From the human T2T-CHM13v2.0 reference genome, Homo sapiens: a stretch of 64,000 bases of DNA. The DNA lies in NCBI RefSeq assembly GCF_009914755.1, contig NC_060936.1. The stretch is one strand, 5' to 3'. Below the pieces are notes generated by a model. The model did no database searches. It was not told the DNA's origin and saw only the letters and a list, made by a program, of their open reading frames with translations. Shown here piece after piece: positions 1 through 14,326 of the stretch. Position 1 is the first letter of the stretch. Each line of letters starts with the position of its first letter. Position numbers and translations under genes: made by a program.

Positions 1-103
1 CGAGGTGGGCAGATCACCTGAGGTCAGGAGTTCCAGACCAGCCGGGCCAACATGGTGAAATCCTGTCTCTACCAAAAATACAGAAATTAGCTGGGCATGG
101 TGG
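1..103 (+). mobile_element. AluS left arm and linker (5' part of an Alu split by LTR12C; runs off the window start)
   Basis: GATCACCTGAGGTCAGGAG...AAAAATACAGAAATTAGCTGGGCATGGTGG; the same Alu resumes at 1678. Confidence 0.95.
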
Positions 104-1673
104 TGAGAGGTGACAGCGTGCTGGCAGCCCTCACAGCCCTCGCTTGCTCTGGGCACCTCCTCGGCCTTGGCGCCCACTCTGGTCACGCTTGAGGAGCCCT
201 TCAGCATGCCGCTGCACTATGGGAGCCCCTTTCTGGGCTGGCCAAGGCCGGAGCCAGCTTCCTCAGCTTGCGGGGAGGTGTGGAGGCAGAGGCGTGGGCA
301 GGAACTGGGGCTGCACGCAGTGCTTGCAGGCCAGCGCGAGTTCCAGGTGGGCATGGGCTCGGCGGCCCTGCACTATGAGCAGCCAGCCAGCCCGCTGCAC
401 CGGGCAGTGAGGAGCTTAGCACCTGGGCCAGCAGCTGCGCTGGACTTCTCGTCGGGCCTTAGCTGCCTCCCCGCCAGGCAGGGCTCGGGACCTGCAGCAC
501 CCCATGCCTGAGCCTCCGCCCTCACCCTGCGGCCTCCTGCGTGGCCCGAGCCTCCCCGACGAGCGCTGCCCCCTGCTCCAGGTGCCCAGTCCCATCGACC
601 ACCCAAGGGCTGAGGAGTGCTGGCGCAAGGCCCAGGACTGGCAGGCAGCTCCACCTGTGGCCCCAGTGCGGGATCCACTGGGTGAAGCCAGTTGGGCTCC
701 TGAGTGTGGTGGGGGCTTGGAGAACCTTTATGTCTAGCTAAGGGATTGTAAATACACCAATTGGCACTCTGTATCTACCTCAAGGTTTGTAAACACCAAT
801 CAGCACTCTGTGTCTAGCTCAGGGTTTGTGAATGCACCCATGACACTCTGTATCTAGCTACTCTGGTGGGGACTTGGAGAACCTTTATGTCTAGCTAAGG
901 GTTTGTAAATATACCAGTTGCACTCTGTATCTAGTTCAAGGTTTGTAAATACACCAGTCAGCACCCTGTGTCTAGCTCAGGGTTTGTGAATGCACCAATC
1001 GACACTCTGTATCTAGCTAATCTAGTGGGGATGTGGAGAACTTTTGTGTGGACACTGTGTATCTAGCTAGTCTCGTGGGGAAGTGGAGAACTTTTGTGTC
1101 TAGCGCAGGGATTGTAAATGCACCAATCAGCACCCTGTGAAAACGGACCAATCAGCTCTCTGTAAAACAGACCAATTGGCTCTCTGTAAAATGGACCAAT
1201 CAGCAGGATGTGGGTGGGGCCAGATAGAATAAAAGCAGGCTGCCCAAGCTAGCAGTGGCAACCCGCAGGGGCCGTTTTCCGTGCTGTGGTAGCTTTGTTC
1301 TTTTGCTCTTTGCAATAAATCTTGCTGCTGCTCACTCTTTGGGTCCACACTGCCTTTATGAGCTGTAACACTCATGGCGAAGGTCTGCAGCTTCACTCCT
1401 GAAGCCAGCAAGACCACGAACCCACTGGGAGAAAGGAACAACTCCAGATGCGCTGCTTAAAGAGCTGTAACACTCATCGGGAAGGTCTGCAGCTTCACTC
1501 CTGAGCCAGCGAGACCACGAACCCACCAGAAGGAGGAAGCTCCGAACATATCTGAACATCAGAAGGAACAAACTCCGGACACGCTGCCTTTAAGAACTGT
1601 AACACTCACTGCGAGGGTCTGTGGCTTCATTCTTGAAGTCAGTGAGACCAAGAACCTACCAATCCCAGACACA
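104..1673 (+). mobile_element. Solo ERV9 LTR (LTR12C-like), full length
   Basis: Starts TGAGAGGTGACAGCGTGCTGGCAG and ends CCAATCCCAGACACA (TG...CA). GC-rich 5' part, CCAAT/TATCT tandem array, three U5 repeats, 4-bp TSD GTGG (100-103)/CTGG (1674-1677). Confidence 0.95.
715..1260 (+). promoter_or_regulatory. ERV9 LTR U3 enhancer/promoter: tandem ~40-bp units with CCAAT and GATA motifs plus AATAAA TATA-equivalent
   Basis: Intact CCAAT at 757, 796, 995, 1123, 1148, 1172 and 1196; repeated TATCT; AATAAA at 1228-1233; LTR poly(A) signal AATAAA at 1314-1319. Confidence 0.75.
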
Positions 1674-1677
1674 CTGG

Positions 1678-1847
<170 letters not shown>

Positions 1848-3835
1848 TCATCCACTCCCTATCTTATATAAAAAACAACCACTTTAATCTCTTGGGCTTT
1901 TCTTCTGCTATTGGAATAATAATAAGAGTGTAGTCTGGGGGTCACTCAGACTTGAGTTCAAGCTTTGCTAGTTATCAGTATGTGCCCTCCAAAAAGAAGT
2001 GGAGGTGCACATGCTTCTATGTCCACTTTAAACAACATTGACTCTAGTTAGATTTGTGAGTGCTTTGTGACTACTGAGCATTCTCTTGAATCCATGCAGA
2101 GATTAGCACTTTTAGCACACTGTTTTGTACAGTTGTGTATCACATATTTTTATTGAAGACACTAGTTTAAGAGTTAAGAGTGAGGTAGTTAAGTAATCTC
2201 TAAATCAGATACAGTGGAATGAGAAAATAGGTTTGATGGAGCCATCTTGAAAAGAAAGTTGTGGCCGTACATCAATAACCTTACCTTATTGTGGGCTCCT
2301 GTCCTTTCGAATTCCAATGGACACACTAGCAAGGTAGGATCTACTTAGAAATTGTGAGATACAATTTTCTAGAGAGGTAAAATCAAACGGGTATATGGAT
2401 AGCTATTCTGCTTTTTCAAGTATATAAGTCGTTTTGATTAATGTGTTTGCACATGGAAAACTATTGGATTCAGAGTAGCTAGCAGCTATTTCTAGTAGCT
2501 TGTGGAAAAGCAGACATCTTCAATAAGGTAATTATTTTAAATGCATCTGTAGCTATGTAATGTGCACATGTGTTTGTAATTACAGTTGGAGAATTTAGAA
2601 TCAAGTGCTAGACTTATCGGTGTTTATACATTCAACAAATGAAAAAAAATCGAGTATTGGCTGCTACCTTTGCAAATGTGCATTGTCTCAGAGTCTGCAA
2701 AGCATACCACTTGATAGTTGTCACAACTTAAATTTGCTGTGTAATGTGTAGCACAAAAGGTTGTGTTGCGTAACCTAACAGGCTTATCGCTGAACTGAGC
2801 AAATGTTTCTGCGTAGGTTGCCAACGTGGGGCTCCAGAGTGTCTGGCCCTGTGGTTTTAAGATTTGGCAAGTATGAATTTAGAGTTTTTTCTCATCTTTT
2901 AAAGAAAGAAAATTATACGTTAGTGTGAGTACAGTAATATGTTCAGTAAGTAGAAATAACATGCTGTCATGACATAATTTATGAGAAGTATTTAGTAGGC
3001 CATATACAAATTTTAGACCAGTGGGAATTTTTGGCTAGGAATTTATAGCTGTTTGTTCTTAACAAAACTGTAGGCATCAGAAAGCCGACATAGAAATACT
3101 TGATAATTAGTTTACTTATCAATTTATTGAAAGTTTTAGACTATTACTATAAATAATAGGCTTTATTTTAGGCAAAGTGAAGAAAAATATGGGATACAGC
3201 AAAAGCAATGTCTTCAATACACAGTCTAGTTATGTGTGTGTGCTGCAATTAAACTGCTGTGTAATCAGCAACTAGTAAACCAAGTAAGTGTTTAGCTGAC
3301 AAGGTTCAATTTTACATGGAATGGTTTGTGTGATAAATGACTAAATGGTTCTGACTTCAGTTCTTGGATCATGGTAATATATGCAAAAATAATATAGAGC
3401 CAATTCTTGATTAATAGGAAGTTTATCTAATTTGTAAGTCATGAGGGCTTTCCCTTTTCTTTCTCCTTGCTTGTTGTCTCTTTCCCTGGCTTTGCTCATT
3501 TTCCTGTTAACGAGGGATGATGCTTAGACAAGGGTTGGGGTCAGGAGAGTGATGGGAATTTATTTGTTCTAGATTTTGGCTAACATTTTTGGAAACTAAG
3601 AATTGTTAAAATGTTTTACAGGTGTTATATTTCAAACAGAATTAAGTACTTATGTATTTAAAAATTATTTAGCTTTCTTTACCAATTTCAAGTTGACTCC
3701 TGCTGCGTAATACCAATTTTGGAAGTTTAAAATTCTGTATCATACTTTATTGATTGATCTTTCTACAGATTCTTGTCAGAGTAAATGTCTCAGTGGGGCT
3801 TATTTTACTCTGGCTACTGTTTCATTGAAGAATAG

Positions 3836-4161
<326 letters not shown>

Positions 4162-4814
4162 GGTTCTCATCATCTTTAAGGCTAAGGGAATGACTGAATA
4201 TGGTAGCTATAGAAAGACAGATGAGGACTAATTTTGGTTTCCAGCTGTGTGGAAGTGTAGTTTAATCTGTATTTCTGTAGGTCACACAATTAAGTAATTT
4301 TATAGTTCTAATTTGAAACATCCTGGCACCTACCTAAAACACTGTTAGCTGGAGCTTAGAATATGATAAAGCATTGATTTCTCTTAGATGCTATCCAAAT
4401 AAGGCTAATTGCCTTAAAAGGACCTTGTTGTAAGGGAGTTCCAAAGCTTGGAAACTAATGCCAGCCTCATTGTTGGATGTTAGTGGGTTATATTTACATA
4501 ATTACAACAATTATAGGCATTGACTAATATATAAGACATCTTTTTAAAGGTTTTTGATTTTAATTGTTCTCAGAGGGAAGATCTCTTTATTTTTTTTCAA
4601 AATGTTTCATTTGTGAAATCCTTTCTCCATTATGCATACGTAAATACTGTTAAGAAAGTAAGTTGAGTAATAGAAATGATGCAATTAAGGAAAGCTGAAT
4701 ATTGGAAAGGATCATTTATTTTAAACCAGCTCAGTTATAAGTAATTCATTGCTGTGAGGTGAGGATATTGTATGTGTTTAAGGACACCAAAAATCATTAC
4801 AGATTTTACTGCTA

Positions 4815-4900
4815 TTTCAGTTCAGCAACATGCGTTGAGTACCTGCTAGGTTACCAGGTATTGTGATAAATGTTTGGGATTCAAAGATAAATAAATACAT
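4815..4900 (-). mobile_element. L2 3'-end fragment
   Basis: TTCAGCAACATGCGTTGAGTACCTGCTAGG...GGGATTCAAAGATAAATAAA resembles an antisense L2 tail. Confidence 0.55.
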
Positions 4901-5702
4901 AACATGCACACTAGCTCCTTTTTCTTGCAGTATTTAGGGCCCTATAGGTGGTCAGCATTAAGCAGCTAATTCCTGTAGTGTGATTTCAGTCTTTTGTGCA
5001 TGTGTAGGGAGGGTGGGGGATCTTCCCTTCTAAGAACTACTTATGAACAGGCAGTCTAGATGATTAATTTTACTTCATTATCTTTCTGTAAATGACATGC
5101 CTTTGACGATATCCTTTGTAGAAGACAGAATTAGTTTCTAGTGGAAAGTTTCAGAGATTATGGTTTTGTTTGTTATCCCAGCAGCAAAGGAAAAACTGGA
5201 AAACAGGACAATTGGAGTGAAGAGAAGTAAGGTACGTGGTGACACTGGAGATACTTTATCTAATATCTTTGTGGAGGATATAATGCTATTCTGTATCGAA
5301 ATTTGTGTACTTCTCTATAGATTATAGAAAGATGGAGCATATTCCAGTAAATATCATATATTTACATAGCTGTGGAACTGGTCTTAGAAAATGTGTGTTC
5401 TTTCAACTGTGTGCCAGGATACGAAAAAGCAAGATTTAGCTCACAAATATTAATTGAGGGCCCAGGTAGGTGCAGGTCACTTCATTTTCATTATCATTGC
5501 TGTCAGTACTTTAAACCTTTATTGAAGAACTAGTATGTGAATTCATTCATGTCTTCAGTGTCAACTCTGTGTTTATAATGTGCCTGGCCTTGGGCAGATC
5601 ACATCAGGGTATGTGAGTAAATCTCTAGGCCTTGGTAATAAGAAGGTTAGATGAAAAGATAATTGCAATGTTTGTGATATGATGAGGTTATACGTAGGTT
5701 GA

Positions 5703-6168
5703 TATATTAGTTTTCTATTGCTGCTTAAAAAATTACCACAAGAGCGAGCAGGCTTGGCTGTATTCTCTGCTCAGGGTCTAATAGGGCTAAAGTCAAGGTG
5801 TTAACTGCTTCTTCTCTGGAGACCCTGGGAAAGATCAGTTTCCAAGCCTTTCCAGGTTGTTGGCTGAATCCAGTTCCTTGTGATTGTAGGAGTGAGGTTC
5901 CTGTGTTCTTGCTGGCCATCACCAGAGGCCATGCTCTGTTATCAGAGACCGTTCACATTCCTACTCAAGTGCCAACCCTCCCTCCACCTTCAAACTAGCA
6001 GTGGTGTGCATCCTTCTCTTGCTTTGAATCTCTCTGACATCTCTTCTGCCACCTGCCTAAGAAATTCTTTCCTTTTGAAGGGTTCATAGGGACCCTTTTG
6101 CCATAATCATAGGAGTAATACCAGGAGATGGAGATCATAAGTGTCATCTTAATATTATGCCTACCACA
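5703..6168 (-). mobile_element. MaLR LTR (MLT1E-like), internally deleted
   Basis: TATATTAGTTTTCTATTGCTGC...ATTATGCCTACCACA termini; 5-bp TSD GTTGA/GTTGC. Confidence 0.8.
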
Positions 6169-6339
6169 GTTGCTATTGGAAACAGAAGACAAGTACCAAA
6201 ATCCAACTTGAGAGGTTTAAAAGTGAGTTCCTGGAGGATGAAGTCCCTGAGATGCCAGGACATGTACTTGAGTTAAAGTCTAGGTCTCTACTTATTTTCT
6301 TTGTTATTATTATCCAACCAATATTTACTGAGAACTTGT

Positions 6340-6480
6340 GTTGGGGCCAAGTCACTGCACTGTCAGAAACTCAATTTCCTTAGTGATAAAGTTGGGATGG
6401 TTATATATTTTTGAAGGTCTCTTAAGAGAATTAGAAATAATAATGAAAGGGTCTAACAAAGAAGGGTGCTCAGTTAATAG
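6340..6480 (+). mobile_element. MIR fragment
   Basis: CAAGTCACT...CTCAATTTCCTTAGTGATAAAGTTGGGATG core-like sequence. Confidence 0.5.
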
Positions 6481-6830
6481 AGTTTGTATCAAGAGAGCCC
6501 ACGTGGTATATTGGGAACAGTCTGAGATTCATTGCAGGTTAATTCACACATTCTATTCCTTATTCCACAGATACTTATTGAATCCTAAACCACAGGGCTG
6601 AGACTCAAATGAAGTGAGAGAGATACTTGCCTTGAGCACAGAATTTCAGGATGTGCCCCTCAAAACATCTATGTTTAAATCAAATCAATCATATGCTAAA
6701 ATAATATAAAGTTAATTTAGAAATCTATATCAAATACCAAAATAAACCCAATATCACAATACAGAATCAGTAACCACTTATACTGAGCCATGTTAGAGTC
6801 CAAGGGAAAAGGAAAAGTCAGTGATACTGA

Positions 6831-7164
<334 letters not shown>

Positions 7165-7204
7165 CCCCTAATTTTGATTTTTTAAAGATGTATTCATTTA
7201 TCTT

Positions 7205-7504
7205 GGTCGGGTGCGGTGGCTCACGCCTGTAGTCTCAGCACCTTGGGAGCCCGAGTCAGGTGGATCATGAGGTCAGGAGTTCAAGACCAGCCTGGCCAAC
7301 ATAGTGAAACCCCGTCTCTATTAAAAATACAAAAAGTAAAATAAAAAATAAAAAAATTAGCCTGGCGTGGTGGTAGGCACTACTTGGGAGGCTGAGGCAG
7401 GAGAACCGCTTGAACCCGGGAGGCATAGGTTGCAGTGAGCCAAGTTCATGCCATTGCACTGCAGCCCAGGTGACAGTGCGAGACTCCGTCACACACACAC
7501 ACAC
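7205..7504 (+). mobile_element. AluS with a small internal deletion and an (AC)7 tail
   Basis: Dimeric Alu lacking CTGTAATCCCAGC after 7380; tail is (AC)7 at 7491-7504; TTATCTT flanks both ends. Confidence 0.92.
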
Positions 7505-10351
7505 AATTATCTTGATTAATGAGTTTTAAATTTTGCTCCGGAGATGAATGCCTCCCTCGCCTTATCCTACTCTTGCCCTGGTTGCTTGATAGAAGACTTT
7601 GCTTTTTCCATTTAGGGACCATAGGAAATGAGCAATAGGATAAAGAAGTTAAATAAACAGTACAGAAAATGTAATCGGAGTTGAACTTTGCTTGTAATAT
7701 TATTTTGACTACATCTAAGTATTATTTTAGGTTAACATCCTAGCATTCTTCTCAATAGTTCTTTAGATTCCTCAGTTATTAAAATAATTATTAGCAATTT
7801 TCAAGATGATTAACTTTAAAAAAAAACAACATGTCCTATATTTAAAGTACAGAATTTCTTTTTATTTTGGAGTTACTTTAAACATCTTCCAGTATTAGTA
7901 AAGTCCCATTATCATGTTCATATAGTAACACATCTGTCAGTTTTTACTTTTTTGTTTGATTCCTCTGTGATTTCAGTAGCTTTATAATCATTCTTTTTAG
8001 CTATTGCATTCTATTATGCATGCTTTCCAGTAATGTAAGTGGTTAAGGTAATTGCAACCTAATATCAGAATGACTTTTTCATTTCAAACCTTTACTAGGT
8101 TATGTTTTCCTTCCACAGCCTTGTCAGAGAGGGCTAAAATTTTCTATGGTCTGGGCATTATTCCCATGATGGATATTTAGTCCCATGATTGCTATATTAT
8201 TGCTAGCATTTTAACATTTCTGAGAAGTACAAACCAAGATTGCCACTTGCTATTTTGAATGTATTTCAAATAATAGTCTTTATCTGAGAACAGATAGTTA
8301 GAAAAGGAAAATATTGGAAGCTTCTAGTTAATCAGAGGTGAAATGAAATCTCTAACATTAATGAATATCCCAGTTATAGAGCTTTTAAGACATAGTAGGT
8401 AAACTTAATCCTTTTCTTCTGCCTTACAAACTAACAAATGCCCTATTTGTATAAACTAATGTACCCATGATTTTAGACATTCTTAAATCACATAAAATGT
8501 AAGCAACTAAAGATCAGTTAGAATTTATGACCGGTAAAATAAAAAGTCCATCAGGGAGATAGTATTAATCAATCTGAGGGAATGATACTTCCATTTAGAA
8601 ATTGTTCTGAATAACTATAAGCATTAAATGAGCAATGCCATGAGTGCTTTTCTTTATACAATTTTAACTAGAATTATAAAATCGTGGTATTGTTTAAACT
8701 CTTTATCTTCAAACTTTCATCACATTGATGTAATTTAAATACCAGTTAAGTTTAGCAGTAATTTAGCCAAATGATTAATTCCATCCTACATTATGTTCAG
8801 CTAAACAGTCTAACACTTTTTTTTTGTTTTTTAATATCAGGTCTAAAGTGACACCACTGTGAGAGTAATGGTAATAAAAATTGTTACGTGCAGCACTGTT
8901 TAGAAATGAATTTGAACCTATATTCAAAGCATCTGTCTTGTGAGACTCGACAGTTCTGTTTACTGCTTTAAAGCAGCCACTCTGTGGGAAACTTTTAAAA
9001 ATAGCTGCATTATTAATATATTTATTTAAAATGGCTGCCATCTTTATCAACCCCAGGAAGGGAGCAGGAAGTAGATGCCAGTATAAGCAACATAATAGGC
9101 TTGCAGTTTGGTTTTGTTTGTATACATTTTGTAAATAGTTCAGGAAATATAAATGAATAAGTAATCAGAAGTCAAAGAGTAAAATAACACAAAGCTTTTC
9201 CAGCTACAGGTTTGATTGTTTATACAGGAATTTGAGGTTGACTTAAATCTGTAATGCTCAACCTTACCAGTAGTAAGTCACAAACACCCCATTGAGCTTT
9301 GTTACATGCTTTTAAAAAGGAGAATATTTTATCTTTCTAATGCTGTTTCTAATGCCTAAATACCAGTGCCCAAAGGGAGACAGTTCCCTGATGTTATTCT
9401 TCCAAGGACCACATTCTAAAGAAAGCTTTTTGGGCAGTGATATGGAATAATAAATGTATGTTGGGAGAAGGGAAGAGAGTCCATTGGGGTGGCAAAAAAA
9501 CTAAATTCTCTCTCAACTTTCTCATTAGTAATTTACTGGGCAGCATTGAGTTGCTATGGTATTTTTATTGTTGTCTCCCTTAGAAATTTCCAGTTGTTCC
9601 AAGGTAAACAAGATAGTATAAGTCCTTTGGTCTAGTATAATTAGGTAATTTTTTTATTCTGTTCATTTGCAAGCTTGAAAAGGACCAATGGCAGAAATTA
9701 AGTGCTCCCTTAAATGACTATGCCAGGGCACCAATGTATATTTTATCTTCATTGTTCATAAAAGTGCATCTATCTTTACTGATGATGAATTGGGGATGTC
9801 ATGGAGGATTGATTTTTATCCTGTAGTTTCAGCTACTTGATCAGACCTCTTTTCCTTCTAGTTAGCTTATTAGGACATTTCTTATTATTTTGATTATGCA
9901 AGAAGAGTGATCTAGTGCCTTTTAAATTTTATGATCACTTACTGAGTGACAGGGATATTTACATTCTAAATGAATGCACCAAGAGTTTAATAGTTACTTA
10001 TACCTTAAAGAGACACAAATAAGGTTGGCTCACGTGTTCATTTTGGTTTTATAGTAGTATTCAGGTGTTAAGTGCTGTGTATGAGGTTAAGAACAGGAAA
10101 TGTTCTCCTCTGAATCACTTGGAATAAATTGTCTTTGAACTAGTAAGAAAACGTGATAGTTAAAAATGCTGTCATTCATATGGAATGAGAATTCTAAATT
10201 GTTTGCCACCAAATATTTAAAAATTTTGAGGCAATAGTGTCAAACCAGAACCAAGTATAATTATTAGTTATTTTAATGTCAACCATAGTCATTTTTATCA
10301 GTGATGAAAAAAATTAGTAAAATGTTATTTAATAATTCTTCTTTCTAGTTA

Positions 10352-10696
<345 letters not shown>

Positions 10697-10814
10697 TTAT
10701 TCTATGAATGAATATGGCAGTGATTGTAAATATCATACTGCCAAACATTTTAAACAGTGCCAGAAAATGTGTTGGAAACTTGAAGTTGAATAAGACACAT
10801 CTCTAACCTGTATA

Positions 10815-11125
10815 AGAGCTCAGATTTTCCAGCATCTTTGTGAGCAGGTGTGGCCATATGATTTAGTTCTGGGTGGAGAAGAGATATGTGTAACTTGATT
10901 GCTGTTGTTTCTTTTCCTGTTTCCCGCTGCCTGAAATGCCAATATGATGGCTGTACCTAGATGGGCCAAAAAGCAGATGCCATGAGTTAAATACAGCAGA
11001 GCAACAAGGTAGATGGAGTATGGGTGCCTTATAATTAGGACTTGCCATTTCTAACACTGGACTATATATTTATGTAGATTGATGAAATTCCATCATGTTT
11101 AAGTCACTTTTTGGAATTTCTATTT
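10815..11125 (+). mobile_element. Old ERVL-type LTR fragment (LTR16/LTR33-like)
   Basis: GGTGTGGCCATATGATTTAGTTCTGG, CAGCAGAGCAACAAGGTAGATGGAG and TGTTTAAGTCACT motifs. Confidence 0.45.
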
Positions 11126-11773
11126 ATTTTTATTTCTATTTATTTCTATAAGACATTTTACAATCATTGGTCAATAAACCAGACGTCTAAGTGAGTTGAG
11201 TAATGAAAGAAAAGGCCATCTGTTAGGAATAGCTGGGTTGTAATTAAGGCAAGCGTCCAAGTTTATCTATCTTTATGTGGGTAGAACATACTAGATAGGA
11301 ACCCAGGAAGACTTTCAGATAAAAATTTAGAGGAAAACAGAGTATTCTAGAGTTGACTATAGAACCAGTATTGTAGAACCAGTATTGTTGTTTACTACTC
11401 CATAAGTCCTAGTTTCTTAAACTATGAAAGTGTGATTGTTATAAAGATGAAATGGAACATGTATGGTAAATTGCTTTGCAAACCATACTCTGGGTAGTAG
11501 TCAGTATGTTTGAACATATACATGTAATGGATGAAAGGAAAATGCAAATTTAAATTGCACTTCCTACTATCAATTGAATATATATTCAGATGGGAAAGTT
11601 TATCCTCTGCTATTAATGAAAATTCTAGCAGATCCTCTGATTTTTCTGTTACTAGAAATCCTTATAATCCCTTTAAATTACAAATACAGTCTCATTTGGG
11701 AAATAAATCTTTGCCTCTGGTGTACCTTGCTATAGAAGGGAATCTGCATTCTGGAAAAGTGGGGTGTGATAGG

Positions 11774-11900
11774 TTTTCATTTGTTGAGCAAATATTTATT
11801 GAACAGCTACTATGTAGCAGGCATTGTTCTAGGCTGGGAAACAATACAGCAAGTGACAAAACAGATAAATCCCTGCCTCTTGGAACAGACTATCTAATGG
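11774..11900 (-). mobile_element. L2a 3' end
   Basis: CAAATATTTATTGAACAGCTACTATGTAGCAGGCATTGTTCTAGG...ACAGATAAATCCCTGCC. Confidence 0.75.
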
Positions 11901-12823
11901 CTACTTATTTCTTCCTGGTCATTTTTTCTTCCATTTACTGGCTCCTGACATGGACTCTTCAGAGATGTAAGAATGGTGTGAAGGATCCGCAGGGAAGGTC
12001 TGTGTGTGTTGTGGATTTAAACTGATGTTATGTACTCTGATCCTAGCACATATTCAGAGCTGACTCATTTTCTTATGGGTGTGTCTCGAATTCATTAGAA
12101 CCTTCCCTGCTGGGATTCTCTAACCACAGCTCGCCTGAAGTATTTTGCCTTTCCCTCTGGCTAACAGTTTCCCCTCAGCCCTTGGTTTTTTGGTTGTCTG
12201 TGCCACAGACTTTCTCTATCTGTGACCCTCCCTCTCAGGAAGGATTCACAATGGCTCCATACCGGCTCTTCTTTCTGCCAAGTCTGTGAGTCCATGGAGA
12301 ACAGTTGCCTACCTTTCTTTGACCTGCTCTCAGAAGGGGAAGCTAAAAGGCCTCTTTCATGCTGCCCGAGCAATCTGGTATTTCTCAGGTTAGAGACGCC
12401 AGAAAAAGGTGTCTTCCAAACTCGAGCACAACATAGCCAGCTCTTGACATGGCCTTGAGCTTTCTCTGTCTTGATGTGAAGGAGGTGGCACTCTTACCCC
12501 AGCGCTCCTCAGCCTTTATTACCTGTCACTTGTATACCCACTATATCAACAAGGGGTCATGTACTTTAGTGATACCCACTTTGAAATTTGCATTTTGGTT
12601 TGCACTTCCCTGTGAGTCTGACACTCATCTCCTGAGGCCTAAGCCTAAACTCTTATTTTAGTATGTAGTTACACATACTTTTCAATATAAAAGTTGTTTA
12701 TTTGTATTTCATCCCAAGAGTGCTTTCCTGAGGTGGTTTGTTTGTTTGTTTTTTGTTGTTGTTGTTAAATACTTGACTGTTTCCCACAGCTCAGATGTAG
12801 AGAAAAAGTCGGAGCTTTTTAGC

Positions 12824-13109
<286 letters not shown>

Positions 13110-14024
13110 GGTGCTTTTTAGCTTTTCAATTTACCAATCTGACCTTCTTTACCTGCTAGATAGTAGTGAAGGAAACCAATGTGTAATCAAATAGAAGAAA
13201 TTTCATCCATGACATGATTTAAATCGTAATTTGATGTAAAGTGTGGAGGCTGTAGTGTTTATCTTCCTGTCTGCTCTCCTTTAAGATGTCATGTATATGG
13301 GGGAGGAAGTGGGACACTGGGTAGTGGGGAAGAATGGTCCTTAGACCTATGTGGAGTCCTTGGGATTCTTATTTGTTCCTGTGGCTGGTATTACTGGTAT
13401 TACAGTGATCAAGAAGAGCAATGACCAAGATGCAAGGAGTTCTGGTTTTTCTGTTGAGGAAATCTGGACACATCTCTTGTTTGCATCCCAGTGCCCTTCT
13501 CCCAGTCATCATGTATATGTTTCAGCGTGAATGTCCCCTACTGGAGCCCATAAAAATTCTAGGTCCACTGCGTACCATGTGGAGGCCTAGTATGGCCCAG
13601 GATAGTTGTCAGTGCCCTAATGCTTTGGGGCTTCTCCTAAGGCGCATCCCTACTTATTTACTGGAGTACCATGGAATGTGACCTCGAGACCCTCCTGTGT
13701 CTGCATCCTTATGACCCAAATCCTTCAAGACAAACAGAGGCATGTCTTCATGTATTTCTTCCTGAAACTTTCCCTAGGTCATGCCATTCTTTTTTATGTC
13801 TTTAGCCTCGGAGCTAAGCTAAGAGACCCAAATGACAAAGGGGCCTAAATGAAGAAGTTTAAAAAAAAAAAAAATGCCGTGTTGTCTACAACATTTACAT
13901 TATATGCCACCACTATATGGTAGCTAGGAACAGGTAGTAACTGTATAGTGTTCAAATGAGAGTAAATAAGAATTTAGTAGTTGCTGTCTAAACGAGATGA
14001 CTTCCCACTATATCCTGTATATTC

Positions 14025-14326
14025 TTTTTTTTTTTTTTTAAGGTGGAGTTTCACTCTTGTCGCCCAGGCTGTAGTGCAATGGTGCATTCTCGGCTCACCA
14101 CAACCTCCGCCTCTCGGGTTCAAGTGATTCTCCTGCCTCAGCCTCCCTAGTAGCTGGGATTATAGGCGCCTGCCATCATGCCAGGCTAATTTTTTTTTGT
14201 ATTTTTAGTAGAGACAGGGTTTCACCATGTTGCCCAGGCTGGTCTCGAACTCCTGACCTCAGGTGATCTGCCTGCCTCAGCCGCCCGAAGTGCTGGGATT
14301 ACAGGCGTGAGCCTCCGCTTCCAGCT
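14025..14326 (-). mobile_element. AluSp/Sq-like
   Basis: TTTCACTCTTGT and CTCACCACAACC diagnostics; TSD ATATCCTGTATATTCTT. Confidence 0.93.

Noticed and set aside
110-741. Overlapping ORFs of 66-133 aa
   Set aside because: All lie in the GC-rich 5' part of LTR12C, where stop codons are rare; no recognisable domain
715-1200. Regular ~40-bp repeat array resembling a CRISPR array or novel minisatellite
   Set aside because: No unique spacers; this is the normal ERV9 LTR U3 enhancer array
11531-12025. 164-aa ORF
   Set aside because: Runs through an L2 fragment; no domain or splice context
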